IMG/VR virus record: IMGVR_UViG_3300043093_000048
Location: 1 to 64,000 of that record
Origin: a virus
Taxonomy: Duplodnaviria > Caudoviricetes
Strand: one strand, 5' to 3'
Length of the DNA: 64,000 bases
The position numbers and the translations under genes were made by a program. Positions within the stretch are counted from its first letter, which is position 1; every line of letters begins with the position of its first letter. The notes beneath the pieces are model-generated. The model was not told the DNA's origin, made no database searches, and saw nothing but the letters and a program-made list of their open reading frames with translations. This document shows, piece by piece, positions 1 through 10,929 of the stretch.

Positions 1-70
1 TTTATTTAGTTACAAAAATGTGAAAAAAAAAAATCCCCTAAGCCAATATGACTTAGGGAATATATTAAAT

Positions 71-1411
71 TTATTCATATATTTTAATTATAGATTTTAA
101 TATATTTTCTATATTATCAAATTCTGTGTAAGGAATTCTATATAAATCAATATTATCATGTAAATTACAATAATCATCTTTTATTTTATCTCTTAATTGT
201 TGCTCTTTTAAATTATTACCATAAAAAGATTCTTGATAATGTTGTATTCCATCATATTCTATTAAAATTATTTTACCAGAATCATCTTGAAGTTTAAAAT
301 CAAATTTTAATGGTAATTTATATTTACAATCATTAAAACTATACTGCTCTTCAAAATCATATTCTTGATTTTCTAACCATTTACGAATTTTTTCTTCTCC
401 CTTTGAAGATTTACAATAAGGACATCTACAACCTTTAATAAATGTATCTGGCGTAGTTTCATAGATTTTATTACATTTTTTATGAAGTATTTTTATTTTA
501 GTTTTATTATTAATATAATCAGATAATAATATATAATCTTCATTAGATAATTTATTAAATTCATCTTTAAATTCTTTATTTGATTTATAATTTTTATAAC
601 AAATAGGACAAGTTGTGAATTTATGAGGTGTTGTTGTAAATATATTATTACAAATTTTATGTTTAATTTTTATATTTTTATTACTTCCTTCATAATTACT
701 AATAATTTCATAGTCATTAGTAATTTTATTAAAAAATGTAGAATTTTCTTTATTATTTCTTTTAGAATTTTTAATTCTTTTACATTCAGGGCAACCACAA
801 CCATTTAATATATTATGCGGTGATACTTTCCATTCATGATAATTACATTTTGGCGAATTATGCCTATGTAAAATTTTTGTGTCATAAGAAATATATTCAT
901 CGATTAATAAAAATTCTTTTGGAAGTCTTTTTAAATATTCTTTTTTATTAATTTTTTTAACATTTTTATTTCTATTTTTATAAGAACATTTTGGACAAGG
1001 AATTTTAATATTATTTAATATATGATAACAAGACATTTCAAATTCAGTATCACATATAGTATGTTTAAATATAAGCTTACTAGTATTATTTTTATAATTT
1101 TTATAACTATTTTCATTTAAAATATACTCATTATTCCATTTTTTGTTTAATTGAAATTTTATTTCAATTAAACTTTTTCTTTGAGTTTGAATATTTTTTT
1201 CTTTACCACAAACTGGACAACCTGCCTTTGGAATTTTACAAATTAAATTTGCAGGGATCACTTTCCATTCATGATAATTACATTTTGGCGAATTATGCCT
1301 ATGTAAAATTTTTGTTGAATTATTTATATAATTTTCTAGTCTAATATATTCTCCTTTAAATTTTTCATATAATTTTTTATCATACTCTTCATTTGTTAAT
1401 TTATTTCCCAT
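71..1411 (-). CDS. Free-standing putative homing endonuclease: zinc-ribbon repeats plus C-terminal Vsr-like EDxHD nuclease domain
   Basis: Repeated KI..kH..C...W/F......GCPxC units; C-terminal SKGEEKI...FDFKL...LIEYDGIQHY...RDKIKDDYC...LYRIPY; four paralogs in the window. Confidence 0.8.
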   Translation of the reverse strand: MGNKLTNEEYDKKLYEKFKGEYIRLENYINNSTKILHRHNSPKCNYHEWKVIPANLICKIPKAGCPVCGKEKNIQTQRKSLIEIKFQLNKKWNNEYILNENSYKNYKNNTSKLIFKHTICDTEFEMSCYHILNNIKIPCPKCSYKNRNKNVKKINKKEYLKRLPKEFLLIDEYISYDTKILHRHNSPKCNYHEWKVSPHNILNGCGCPECKRIKNSKRNNKENSTFFNKITNDYEIISNYEGSNKNIKIKHKICNNIFTTTPHKFTTCPICYKNYKSNKEFKDEFNKLSNEDYILLSDYINNKTKIKILHKKCNKIYETTPDTFIKGCRCPYCKSSKGEEKIRKWLENQEYDFEEQYSFNDCKYKLPLKFDFKLQDDSGKIILIEYDGIQHYQESFYGNNLKEQQLRDKIKDDYCNLHDNIDLYRIPYTEFDNIENILKSIIKIYE

Positions 1412-1497
1412 ATTTAATACTTACTTTCTTTATTAAAAAAATTCCTTAAGCCAAATAAAAACTTAAGGAATTTTTTAAGATATTAATTTTTATTATA

Positions 1498-2859
1498 TTA
1501 ATAATGTACTACACGACTGTCAATTTCAGATTTCTTTGAATGATTTATAGGTCTAGAACTTGCATCAGTTAAATAGCCACTGATTCTACGAATTACCTGT
1601 TGTTTGCTAGGATCATCATTACCACAATTAGGACAAGTGTAACCTTTCTTCGTTGGTATATGTTCACCTACAAAACCACATTTATAACATCTATCTTCTT
1701 TTACATTGATAGACATATAAGGAATTTTAGATTCATAACTATAATTCCATAAAGGTTCAAGAGCCTTTGGATTATTCTTTAGAGAATTACATTCCATCAT
1801 AGATGTAACACCACCTGGAGTATACTGTGTAAATTCTCCTTCAAAATCAATCTTCTCAAATGCAGTAGCATTCTGCTCAACATCTAAGTGAATTGAATTA
1901 GTATACCAATCTTTATCAGTGATACCTTCAACTTCACCAAATAATTTTTTGTCAGGACCAATAAACTTATTCATTAAATTCTCAGCAGGTGTACCATATA
2001 CACTAAAATACCAAGTACTTTCATCAGACCAAGCTTTAGTAGCTGCATAAAGAACTTTCATAATATTTTTACCTTTTTCAATAATAGCTGGGTTATTAAA
2101 CATCTTTTCATTATAAAGTGCTAAAACTGTTTCATGTAATCCAACATATCCAAGAGATACTGAAGCTCTTTTATTAATAAATACTTTTCCTACTTCTTCA
2201 TCTGGATATAAACTAAATCCTGTAGCACCATAAGCACCTACATTAGCATCACCATAAAGAATTGGTGATACTTTTGCTTTAACATGAATTAAAGAATTTG
2301 CTCTATAAAGTAATCCTTCATGAGCTACATCTAAAACTTCATTAAGCTTTTCAAAGAAATATTTTTCTCTAGTAGAAATTACATCAGATTCATTTCTAGC
2401 TTCTAATGCAATTTTTACTAAATTTATACTTATAACACCCATATTGTTTCTTCCATCATATTCTTCAAGACCTGTTGAAGGATTTACCCAACGATGTAAA
2501 AAGCTACGACAACCCATCGGGGATTTAAAAGAAGAAGATTTTTCAATATCAACTACTCTATGTTCTTCATCTTTATAAACTACTTCACCGCCAGAAACTT
2601 TACAAATATTTTCATAATTTAAAATATCTGGATACATTCTAGTTGAAGAACATTTCATAGCTAAACATCTAATATCATAATTAGGATCTTCTTCATAGAA
2701 GTTAATACCTTTACATTGAATAAATAAAAGCTTTGGAAATACTGGTGTAGATTTATTCTTTCCAATACCTTCAATTCTTATTTTAAGTATAGATTCTTGA
2801 ATCATTCTAGATTCAATTGATGTTCCAAGACCGAATGAGATGCTTACAAATGGTGTTTG
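1498..2859 (-). CDS. nrdD: Anaerobic ribonucleoside-triphosphate reductase, exon 2
   Basis: Frame resumes at CAA ACA CCA TTT (QTPFVSISFGLGT); FPKL, MYPD, MGCRSFL, GRNNMGVISINL, YGTPAE, YTNS, CxxC..CxxC and glycyl-radical loop RRISGYL; spliced protein 800 aa. Confidence 0.95.
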   Translation of the reverse strand, partial: QTPFVSISFGLGTSIESRMIQESILKIRIEGIGKNKSTPVFPKLLFIQCKGINFYEEDPNYDIRCLAMKCSSTRMYPDILNYENICKVSGGEVVYKDEEHRVVDIEKSSSFKSPMGCRSFLHRWVNPSTGLEEYDGRNNMGVISINLVKIALEARNESDVISTREKYFFEKLNEVLDVAHEGLLYRANSLIHVKAKVSPILYGDANVGAYGATGFSLYPDEEVGKVFINKRASVSLGYVGLHETVLALYNEKMFNNPAIIEKGKNIMKVLYAATKAWSDESTWYFSVYGTPAENLMNKFIGPDKKLFGEVEGITDKDWYTNSIHLDVEQNATAFEKIDFEGEFTQYTPGGVTSMMECNSLKNNPKALEPLWNYSYESKIPYMSINVKEDRCYKCGFVGEHIPTKKGYTCPNCGNDDPSKQQVIRRISGYLTDASSRPINHSKKSEIDSRVVHY

Positions 2860-3095
2860 CTTACCAATTTATATTTTCATATAAAAATAGACTATCTCTT
2901 AACCATATTTTTAATATAATTAAAAACTTAGGTTGGTGACACTTCGGTTATGTTATATTAATATAACACAATATAGAATATTTCAATTCTATCCCTACTC
3001 TACTCTCTTTCATATATTGTTATATATGTGATTTCGATAGTCGTTACACTTTTCTATTTTATTAATAAAATAGACTTAGCTCGGTATTAGCATGA

Positions 3096-4049
3096 TTATA
3101 ATATTTTCCATTCAAAATTATTCCAAAAACAATGTCCATTATTTTTTCTTAGTTTAGTTGCTAAATTTCTAGAATTTTCAATTGTTTTTCCAATACTTTT
3201 AGCAGCTTCTCTAATTGATAAAAATAATTCATCTGTTGTTAAATTCATAATTATTTTAGTTCTATTTCCAATTAAATAATCTGGATTTATTTCTAAATTT
3301 TTATTATAAGACCAAATTTCATTATTATAAATAATAAACTCTTTTTCTTTATTTTTAATTTTTTTTAATCTTTTTCTAAGATGTTGAAGATCTTTATTTG
3401 GATAATGATTTTGAATTTCTTTAAAGAAATAATAAGATTTACAAGTAGTGTTATTATAAATTTTATTTTCAGTAAAATAATCATTTATTATTTCACCTTT
3501 TTCATTTACATATCTATATACTTTACTACCAACTGTTTGTCTATCTCCTCTACAAACAGCATATAATTTAGAAGCTGGAATTTTTTCGGTATTGATGCAA
3601 ATAACACCATTTTCATAAATAATATCATCAGTAACATTATAAACCATTTTAGATGCTGGATTTAGTTTTCCAGATTTTCCATACATATGATTTAATGTAC
3701 CAATTTGTTTTTCAGAAATTATTTTTTTACTTTCTTCCGATAATATAAAAGAGGATTGTCCTCCAGTTGTTCTGTTATATCCATAACCAGTATCATCAAA
3801 AGAATTATATTTCTTTATATAAAATTTTTCTAAATTACATAATTCATAAAAATTTTTAGCAGAATCATCAATAATTTCCCATTTAAAATTTTCTCTTCCT
3901 TCTTCATGTAGCATTCTATCAAAATATGTAACTTTTTTATTAGTCCATGCATTTTCATGACCTTTTCTTCGTTCTTTTAAACTTTTTGTTGTAATACCTA
4001 TGTAAATTTTATTATTTTTAATATTTTGAGCTTTATAAACAATTAGCAT
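3096..4049 (-). CDS. Intron-encoded GIY-YIG homing endonuclease
   Basis: IVYKAQN...KIYIGIT...R...H...LEKFYI...GYN, followed by NHMYGK (NUMOD3-like) and SIREAAK (NUMOD1-like) modules; ATG at 4049 has RBS GAAAGGGA; ORF lies between intron P and Q elements. Confidence 0.9.
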   Translation of the reverse strand: MLIVYKAQNIKNNKIYIGITTKSLKERRKGHENAWTNKKVTYFDRMLHEEGRENFKWEIIDDSAKNFYELCNLEKFYIKKYNSFDDTGYGYNRTTGGQSSFILSEESKKIISEKQIGTLNHMYGKSGKLNPASKMVYNVTDDIIYENGVICINTEKIPASKLYAVCRGDRQTVGSKVYRYVNEKGEIINDYFTENKIYNNTTCKSYYFFKEIQNHYPNKDLQHLRKRLKKIKNKEKEFIIYNNEIWSYNKNLEINPDYLIGNRTKIIMNLTTDELFLSIREAAKSIGKTIENSRNLATKLRKNNGHCFWNNFEWKIL

Positions 4050-4083
4050 AATAAATTTCCCTTTCTGTGTATAAAATGTATTA

Positions 4084-4095
4084 TAGCTAATTGTT
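4084..4095 (-). promoter_or_regulatory. AACA-N6-TA promoter motif for intronic GIY-YIG gene
   Basis: AACAATTAGCTA. Confidence 0.5.
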
Positions 4096-4215
4096 ATAAA
4101 ATAAATTATAATTTTAGCTTTCACCGATAGCAGTTATAAAAATAACTACACCCTCATTTTGAGGTTCATCACCTTATTCACTTATATATTTCTATATAAG
4201 GCAGCCAATATGTTA

Positions 4216-5256
4216 ACCGTTAGTCGTGAATAGAGTGTTCACTTGATATTCTAAACATTGAATACCATCATAAACAACCTTTTCAATTTTTTTCATAGCA
4301 TTATCAATAATTTTCTTTTTATCAACTCTTGAAATATTAATATTATTTCCAATACTATGATCAGTAGCTTCTAAATACTTATTAATATTTTCAATGCTAT
4401 CTGTATAAATAGGTAAAATCATTTCATTCCATACTTCGTCAATATCAAAATTACTATCGTCAATATCTTTTTCAAAGTTTATATAATCTTTAATTTTTTC
4501 CTTTAAGATTTTAATATAACTTTTAACTACATATGGAACTAAACCTTCATCAATTCTATTAATAGTTTGTCCACCATATTGAGAACAAGCTACGCCTTGA
4601 ATAATTTGGCTTACTAAAGTACAAGCTACATCAAAAGATTTAGGAGTTTCAATTAATGCATTACCTACAATAAATCCTTTTTCAAGCATAGTTCTATAAT
4701 CAATAAGCATACAATTATACATATTGAATAAAGGTGAATAATCTTCATCATGCCAATGAATATAGTTATTATCTCTATACTTCTGAACTCTAGGTGGAAT
4801 TAAATGAAGATCCTTAGTAATCTCTTTAGCAACCGTTCCTGCTAAAAGATCTCTTTGAACATAAAGCTTATCGGCAGCTTTATTAGCATTTTCTGCAATA
4901 ATATCTGGATCTGTATAATCTAAAAGACCATGAATCTTTTTCACTAAATTAGAACTTCTCATTCTACTAGCATCTCTAGCACCTCTGAATGATGTATATT
5001 CTCTAGCTACTTCAGGATTTTCATCCATAAGAGTAGTTTCTACAGTTCTTTCAATTTCATGAATATCAACTTCATTATCAAAGTTAATATAGATAATGTC
5101 AGATACAGTATTAGTAATATCATATGCAGTGTCTAAATCATCAATTTTATTGAGCTTAGTCATAGCTTTAATAATAGCATTTGTAATTTTATTAGGATCG
5201 AATACCTCTTTTCGACCATCTCTTTTAATTACATACAATTTTTTAATATCTTCCAT
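4216..5256 (-). CDS. nrdD: Anaerobic ribonucleoside-triphosphate reductase, exon 1 (with ATP cone)
   Basis: VIKRDGR..FD..KI..AI ATP cone, ENANK, IHWHD, NCML, QYGGQT, QVNTL. Confidence 0.95.
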
Positions 5257-5298
5257 GTGAATTTCTCCTTTACTAACATAGAAATTTTCAAATTTGAA

Positions 5299-5310
5299 TA
5301 TTATTTTGTT
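5299..5310 (-). promoter_or_regulatory. AACA-N6-TA promoter motif (nrdD)
   Basis: AACAAAATAATA. Confidence 0.55.
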
Positions 5311-5410
5311 ATATCCCTACAAAAATAAAAATCGCCATGTTTTATCTAGAAATTTCATCCATTATAATATCATTTTATAATGGATGATTTAATTCCTAAA
5401 TAAACTAAAA

Positions 5411-7198
5411 TTAATCAAATGATAATGATTCATCATTATATTCAAAGTCACTTTCAAGCTCTTCATCATTATCTGAAGTACTTATATTAGTAAACTTTTT
5501 TCTTTTTCTACTATTACTCATTTCAATAGTTTTTACATTCTGATTAGAATTAGCTATAACATTAATATCATCTTTATCAGGTGAATCTGAAATTCTTTCT
5601 ACTCCAAGAGGTTCTGCATTATCATAATCAGTAGCAATTTTAAAGTTACAGTATCTTGGATCTTTTTCAAAAGGCTGTGCAAAATAATCAATACCACTAT
5701 CACCTCTAGCCATGATACATTTAAATGTCTGATAATAAGTATCTGAATCTTCATCCTTTTCTCTATTAGTAATGATTGTATAATCAGCATTCTCATAAAT
5801 AAGTGAAGATTCACCAACCTGAGAACCACCTAATTTTCTAGCCAAATCTTTCTTTCTATTTGATTTAGCAGATTCAACAACCTTAAGACCATCTCTATTA
5901 AGCTGTGAAGCCGTTAATACTGGAATCTTTCTAATCTTAGAAAAGTTACAAAACTCATTAATTACTTCACCTAATTCATCTCTTTTTTGTTCTGTTCTAT
6001 AAGCTCTTTGAGAATGAATTCTCTTAATATAATCTTGTGCTACAAATATAATTTCTTGATTATCGATTAAAGCATAATTTTCATATAGCTTATCCAATTC
6101 ACCTGTATCTACAGACATATGAGTTCTAAATTCAATTCTTAATGCAATACCAGTCTTTTCAATGGTTTCTTTTTCAATTACATCTAAGATATTGTCAACA
6201 TCTTTATCTGTAATATGATACTTCTTAATAACCTTTCCATTTTTATTCTTTTCAGTAGTATATTTAAAATCAAACTTAATACCTAAATATCTATAAATTC
6301 TTTCAAATGTTTCAATCATACTATTTTCCATAGTGAAATATAAAACAGCAGGTGTCTTTTCAGGATCTTTTAACTGATAATCAACATAATTAGTTACTAT
6401 ATTCATAACAATATTAAGCATTGTACCTGATTTAAAACTCTTTGCAACACCTAATAATAGATAACATCTTTCTTCCTGAAGTCCACCTCCAAGCATTTTA
6501 TCCAATAGCTTATAACCTGTTGGAATTTTATTACCTGGATTATAAATACTTTCAAGGGATTGTCTAATAACTGTCTTAGCGTTATGTCTATCAGTAATAT
6601 TAAATGAATTTAATTTACCATCGGTGTCCATTGAATTAAGATTAAATTTTCTATTCAAATTAATCAAGACTTCTTTAGCTACTGGTAGAATTGTTTCATT
6701 TGTCTTAGGATCTGGATGTTCAAATGTTTCAATAACTTCTTTAAGTATAGGAATATCTTGATAAATACTAATTGAATCTAATTGATTCTGAATGAACTTA
6801 TTCCAATAAATGATTTTCTTTTCATCAAATTCATATTCCTTTGCATGATCAAAAACCATATCAATAGTTGATCTTGGAATCTCTGTTTCATCATTTCTTT
6901 CAATAATAGTTTCTTTAAGTTCACTTATACTATCAACGGTATAATCAATATTAAGATTAAGTATTTCCATCAACAATCTTAAAAGCTGAATAGATGTTAA
7001 TTCATTTTCCTCATTAAATGATTTTTCAATATCAATCATATTAATGTATCTTCTAAGATTAACTAAATTACTAACGGTGATTAAATCATTAATTGTCAAC
7101 GAATAATAAAGAAGCTTTGAAATAGTTGACAATGGTAATTTAATCTTGATTTTTTCCTTTTTAGTATTTTTTGATTTTTTCTTTTCAATATAAGACAT
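5411..7198 (-). CDS. DnaB-like replicative helicase
   Basis: IPTGYKLLDKMLGGGL, Walker A GVAKSFKS, YFTMEN, DYI, PVLTASQLNR, ENAD. Confidence 0.88.
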   Translation of the reverse strand: MSYIEKKKSKNTKKEKIKIKLPLSTISKLLYYSLTINDLITVSNLVNLRRYINMIDIEKSFNEENELTSIQLLRLLMEILNLNIDYTVDSISELKETIIERNDETEIPRSTIDMVFDHAKEYEFDEKKIIYWNKFIQNQLDSISIYQDIPILKEVIETFEHPDPKTNETILPVAKEVLINLNRKFNLNSMDTDGKLNSFNITDRHNAKTVIRQSLESIYNPGNKIPTGYKLLDKMLGGGLQEERCYLLLGVAKSFKSGTMLNIVMNIVTNYVDYQLKDPEKTPAVLYFTMENSMIETFERIYRYLGIKFDFKYTTEKNKNGKVIKKYHITDKDVDNILDVIEKETIEKTGIALRIEFRTHMSVDTGELDKLYENYALIDNQEIIFVAQDYIKRIHSQRAYRTEQKRDELGEVINEFCNFSKIRKIPVLTASQLNRDGLKVVESAKSNRKKDLARKLGGSQVGESSLIYENADYTIITNREKDEDSDTYYQTFKCIMARGDSGIDYFAQPFEKDPRYCNFKIATDYDNAEPLGVERISDSPDKDDINVIANSNQNVKTIEMSNSRKRKKFTNISTSDNDEELESDFEYNDESLSFD

Positions 7199-7225
7199 TT
7201 TGCATTTACCTCCTACAGCAAACTA

Positions 7226-7237
7226 TACTATTGTGTT
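7226..7237 (-). promoter_or_regulatory. AACA-N6-TA promoter motif (helicase)
   Basis: AACACAATAGTA. Confidence 0.55.
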
Positions 7238-7273
7238 ACGTGCGTTTTGAAAATAAAAAACACAGATAGTGCT

Positions 7274-8416
7274 TTAAACACTATCTGCATTAGAAATAAG
7301 TTTATTAATAACTTCAGTAGATACTTTCTTACCAGTTGTTAATTCAATATACTTAGCAATTGATTTATCAATAGGCAATTCTTTTTTAAATAAGAAATTG
7401 AATCTTTCATCCACTACATCTTCTGGAATATCATTATGAGTTTCAATCTTAATATCAGAAGATAATACTCCTTTTAATAAGTCTTTATTATCTTCATCTT
7501 TACTAATAATTACTTTAAGATAATCACAAGTAGTTTTTTCATTCTCAATAAACTCCAATTTTTCTTCAGTAGTTTCAAAGTTATAATCATTAATATTAAT
7601 AATTTTATAGACTGAAGCATTCTTATTCTCATAAAAGATAGCTTCTGTATCTCCAGTTTCAGGATTAATAGTAGTTAATAAGAATCCTTTATCCTCTTGA
7701 TCAGCGAAACTAAATCTTTCAAAAGATCCTACATAAATTATTTTATCTTCATCTTTATAATTCTTTTTATCATGAATATGACCAAATATTGTAAAGTAAT
7801 TACAGATATTATCAAGAGTATCTACTGAATGAACAGATTCATTTCTTCTAAGCTTCTTTTTATCTTCTTCATTTCCTGTAAAAGCTACAAAATCAATCAT
7901 TCCATGACCAAAAATCATGTCATAATTTTCTTCAGGATTGAGAAATTTATTATAATAGCTTGAATAATTTTCAGGATATTCTTCTGGAAGATACAAAATT
8001 GAATAATCGTATACTTTATTCTTACCAAATGGAATACTAATAATTTCAGTTGAAACAGTTCTGAAAATCTTAAATAATGGATATTTTACTTCAAGATGTG
8101 AAAAATTATTAAGTTGGTTATTATCATGGGATTTTGTACCATTGATAATTCTTAAATAGAAATTATATTTCTTAGATAATTCACATAATTCAGTAACAAA
8201 TCTTAATACATAATTAGCAGAAGCTTCTGTCATCTTTATAACTCTATCAAATAAATCCCCCTCTATAACAACCATATTTAAGTGATCATACTCTTTAATG
8301 ATATTTGGAATTTCTTTTAAGAAATTTTCATTCAAATCATTATATAGCTTTTTATCATTCTTCTTACCAAAATGAATATCGGCTATATTCAATACGTTAA
8401 AATTATTATTTTTCAT
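7274..8416 (-). CDS. sbcD: SbcD/Mre11-like metallophosphoesterase nuclease
   Basis: ADIHFG, GDLFD, GTKSHD, FGHG, FGHIH, YVGSFERFSF motifs. Confidence 0.85.
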   Translation of the reverse strand: MKNNNFNVLNIADIHFGKKNDKKLYNDLNENFLKEIPNIIKEYDHLNMVVIEGDLFDRVIKMTEASANYVLRFVTELCELSKKYNFYLRIINGTKSHDNNQLNNFSHLEVKYPLFKIFRTVSTEIISIPFGKNKVYDYSILYLPEEYPENYSSYYNKFLNPEENYDMIFGHGMIDFVAFTGNEEDKKKLRRNESVHSVDTLDNICNYFTIFGHIHDKKNYKDEDKIIYVGSFERFSFADQEDKGFLLTTINPETGDTEAIFYENKNASVYKIININDYNFETTEEKLEFIENEKTTCDYLKVIISKDEDNKDLLKGVLSSDIKIETHNDIPEDVVDERFNFLFKKELPIDKSIAKYIELTTGKKVSTEVINKLISNADSV

Positions 8417-9338
8417 TTTTCAAATTCTCCTTTAAAATATTTTCTATATTATCATAATCAGTATATTTAATCCTGATTAATTTAATATTCTTTTCTTTAC
8501 AATAATTATCCTTGATAGAATCTCTTCTTTGTTGAATTGAAAGATTATCGTACCAAGTTTCATTAAAATGTTGTACGCCATCGTATTCTAATAATACAAA
8601 ATTATTATCATTTAGATTTATTTTAAAATCAAATCGTAATGGGAGTTTATTCTTACAATCTGAAAAAGAAAATTGTGTTTCATAGTTATAATTATTATCA
8701 TCTAACCATTGTTTAATTTTATTTTCTCCTTTAGATGTATTACAAGCAGGACATCTTGTTCCATCATATAGAAAATGCTTTGCAGATATCCAAGATAAAT
8801 TATTACATTTATTATGTCTAATTAATATTTTATCTCTACATTGATTATATTTTGATAATACTTCATACTCATCTCCTACTAATGATTTAACTTCATTTAA
8901 GAATTCTTCATGACTTTTTCTTCGGTTTAATCCAGCTTCTTTTAAAGAGCATTTTGGACATCTATTATTATTCTTTAAAAAATCATGTGCTCTCATTCTA
9001 AAAGTACTTTTACATTTTTTATGATAAAATAAAATTTTATCAGAATTTTTAGTACCATCACTTATGTATTTTGATAGTACTTCATATTCATTTCCTACTA
9101 AATTATATACTTCTTTTATAAAGTCTTCATGACTACGTTTATATCTACCAGAACATTTTGGACACCTGCTATTATTACATAAAAAATTATGAGGTGTTAC
9201 TGAATATTCATAACCACATTTATGTTTGACTTTTAATTTGGTTTTATTATTTATATATTTATCTATAAATTCATATTCATCTCCCACTTTGTCACTAACT
9301 TCTTTTAAGAAGTCTTCATTACTTTTTCTTGCTGGCAT
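8406..9338 (-). CDS. Free-standing zinc-ribbon/EDxHD endonuclease
   Basis: Three H..C...RCPxC repeats plus SKGE...FDF...LEYDGVQHF...RDSIKDNYC; ATG 9338 with GGAGG RBS; overlaps sbcD start. Confidence 0.8.
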   Translation of the reverse strand: MPARKSNEDFLKEVSDKVGDEYEFIDKYINNKTKLKVKHKCGYEYSVTPHNFLCNNSRCPKCSGRYKRSHEDFIKEVYNLVGNEYEVLSKYISDGTKNSDKILFYHKKCKSTFRMRAHDFLKNNNRCPKCSLKEAGLNRRKSHEEFLNEVKSLVGDEYEVLSKYNQCRDKILIRHNKCNNLSWISAKHFLYDGTRCPACNTSKGENKIKQWLDDNNYNYETQFSFSDCKNKLPLRFDFKINLNDNNFVLLEYDGVQHFNETWYDNLSIQQRRDSIKDNYCKEKNIKLIRIKYTDYDNIENILKENLKNEK

Positions 9339-9475
9339 TGTTAAACTATCCTCCAAATAAAAATTTTATAGATTATTAAATTATCTACATTAATATAATA
9401 TATAAATAAATATTTTTATTTAAAATTAATTAAAAATGAATCTTAATACCAATAAAGGTATTAAGATTCATTAAA

Positions 9476-10078
9476 TTATTCATCAATAGTTTCTGTAGAA
9501 CCAGTAAGATCTTTAAGTTCTTCTTTAGCTTTCTGAAGTTCATCATAATTATCGCCTTTAATATCCTTAGTAGATTCATTAAGAATACTATTCTGTTCTT
9601 TAATAAATTCTTCAAGGAATTTAGTCTTATCAGTCTTAATCATAGAATCATAAATACCAGCATCTTTTTCAAACTTCTTCATATTTTTAATTCCATCAGA
9701 TAAAGTTTTCTTCATATTTTCTTCAATAGGAATAACTTTACCATCTTCTGAGTCTAAGTCTACTTGAAGAAAAGCCATATTTCCATAAATTGGAGTACCA
9801 TAAAAACCTACATTATATTCTGTATCAGGATTAAATTGATCATAATCCATAAACATTGTAAATTCATTAAAAGGACTTGGTAAATAACCAGCATTAGCAA
9901 TTTTTCCTGGAATTTCAGTATTACCATCAGTATTTGTAACTAAATCAATGATTTTTAAAAAAGCATCATTAAGACCTGCTTCTGAAGTATTAAAACTAAA
10001 ATCAATATATTCTACATCTTGTTCACCTGGCTTAACAATTCCAATAAAGCCATTATATTCATTGATATTTTCTTCCAT
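9476..10078 (-). CDS. Hypothetical protein
   Basis: Open frame with GGAG RBS; no recognisable motif. Confidence 0.6.
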   Translation of the reverse strand: MEENINEYNGFIGIVKPGEQDVEYIDFSFNTSEAGLNDAFLKIIDLVTNTDGNTEIPGKIANAGYLPSPFNEFTMFMDYDQFNPDTEYNVGFYGTPIYGNMAFLQVDLDSEDGKVIPIEENMKKTLSDGIKNMKKFEKDAGIYDSMIKTDKTKFLEEFIKEQNSILNESTKDIKGDNYDELQKAKEELKDLTGSTETIDE

Positions 10079-10230
10079 AATTAAATACACTCCGTTCTTA
10101 ATATTTTTTATTTTTTTAATTTATATTATATAAAAATTAATTTAACCTCTTTTTATATAATATAGTTTATTTTAAATTTATAAAAAAAAAACTAAATATT
10201 ATATTTTTAAAGAAAGAAGGTTATTTATCT

Positions 10231-10857
10231 ATGAGTTATTTAGATAATATTTATTTAGAAGGTTATTATGATGCTTTAGAAGAAATGGAAGATGACTATT
10301 CTAATGATTATGAAGATGCTTATTTAGAAGGATACTATACAGCTTTAATGGAAACATCAAGAGCAACTAAAGAATTAAAAAAGAAATATAAAGTACCAAG
10401 ATATAGATTTCTTAACGATCGTAATGCTTTTGAAGACAAAAAATTTCGTTTATCCAATGGAAACGATGCTAGAGTTCATAAGGCTACTTCTTCAGATAGA
10501 GGAGTATCAGGAAATCTTTATTCTATAGGTAGTAAATATGGAAAACCTAATTCTACTGAAAAATTTTTACCTGAACTTTACTCAAAACATTATGATAGTA
10601 GAATTGCTACAAAAGGTAAGTATGGCAAAGAAAAAAATTTATGTGATGACAATGACAATATACATAAATTTTATAAAGATGGCAAAAATACAATAGTACA
10701 TGATAGCCAAAAAGAGAAAAAAAAATGGTATGAAGATGACAAAAGAACTAAAAGTAGAGTCACTTTTAAAGATAAAGCTAAAGCAGATTATGGTTTCTAT
10801 GCTTTTAAAACAAAAGATGGTGGTAAATGGAAAAATGAATTTAAATTTAAAAAATAA
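10231..10857 (+). CDS. YLEGYYDAL-tag family protein; acidic N-terminal tag and Lys/Arg-rich core (putative internal head protein)
   Basis: YLEGYYDALEE and YLEGYYTALME followed by a strongly basic region; AACT-N6-TA upstream. Confidence 0.6.
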   Translation: MSYLDNIYLEGYYDALEEMEDDYSNDYEDAYLEGYYTALMETSRATKELKKKYKVPRYRFLNDRNAFEDKKFRLSNGNDARVHKATSSDRGVSGNLYSIGSKYGKPNSTEKFLPELYSKHYDSRIATKGKYGKEKNLCDDNDNIHKFYKDGKNTIVHDSQKEKKKWYEDDKRTKSRVTFKDKAKADYGFYAFKTKDGGKWKNEFKFKK

Positions 10858-10867
10858 ATTTTTAAAC

Positions 10868-10905
10868 CAACCCTTAAGGATATTTGCCTTAAGGGTTTAA
10901 TTTTT
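10868..10905 (+). terminator. Hairpin terminator
   Basis: AACCCTTAAGG...CCTTAAGGGTT followed by a T-rich run. Confidence 0.7.
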
Positions 10906-10917
10906 ATATTATACGAA

Positions 10918-10929
10918 AACAAACTTTTA
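10918..10929 (+). promoter_or_regulatory. AACA-N6-TA promoter motif
   Basis: AACAAACTTTTA upstream of 10961. Confidence 0.55.

Larger units (their letters stand above)
2860..4215 (-). mobile_element. Group I intron in nrdD (1356 nt) carrying a GIY-YIG ORF
   Basis: Exon 1 ends AACGGU, intron ends in G (UGGUAAG), splicing restores conserved TNG-QTPF; IGS UUGGCUG pairs with CGGU/UAA; P UAUCGGUGAAA, Q AAUACCGAG, R GUAACGACUA, S AAGAGAUAGUC. Confidence 0.93.

Noticed and set aside
1498-5256. nrdD pseudogene or two-subunit split
   Set aside because: Precise group I boundaries restore an 800-aa frame
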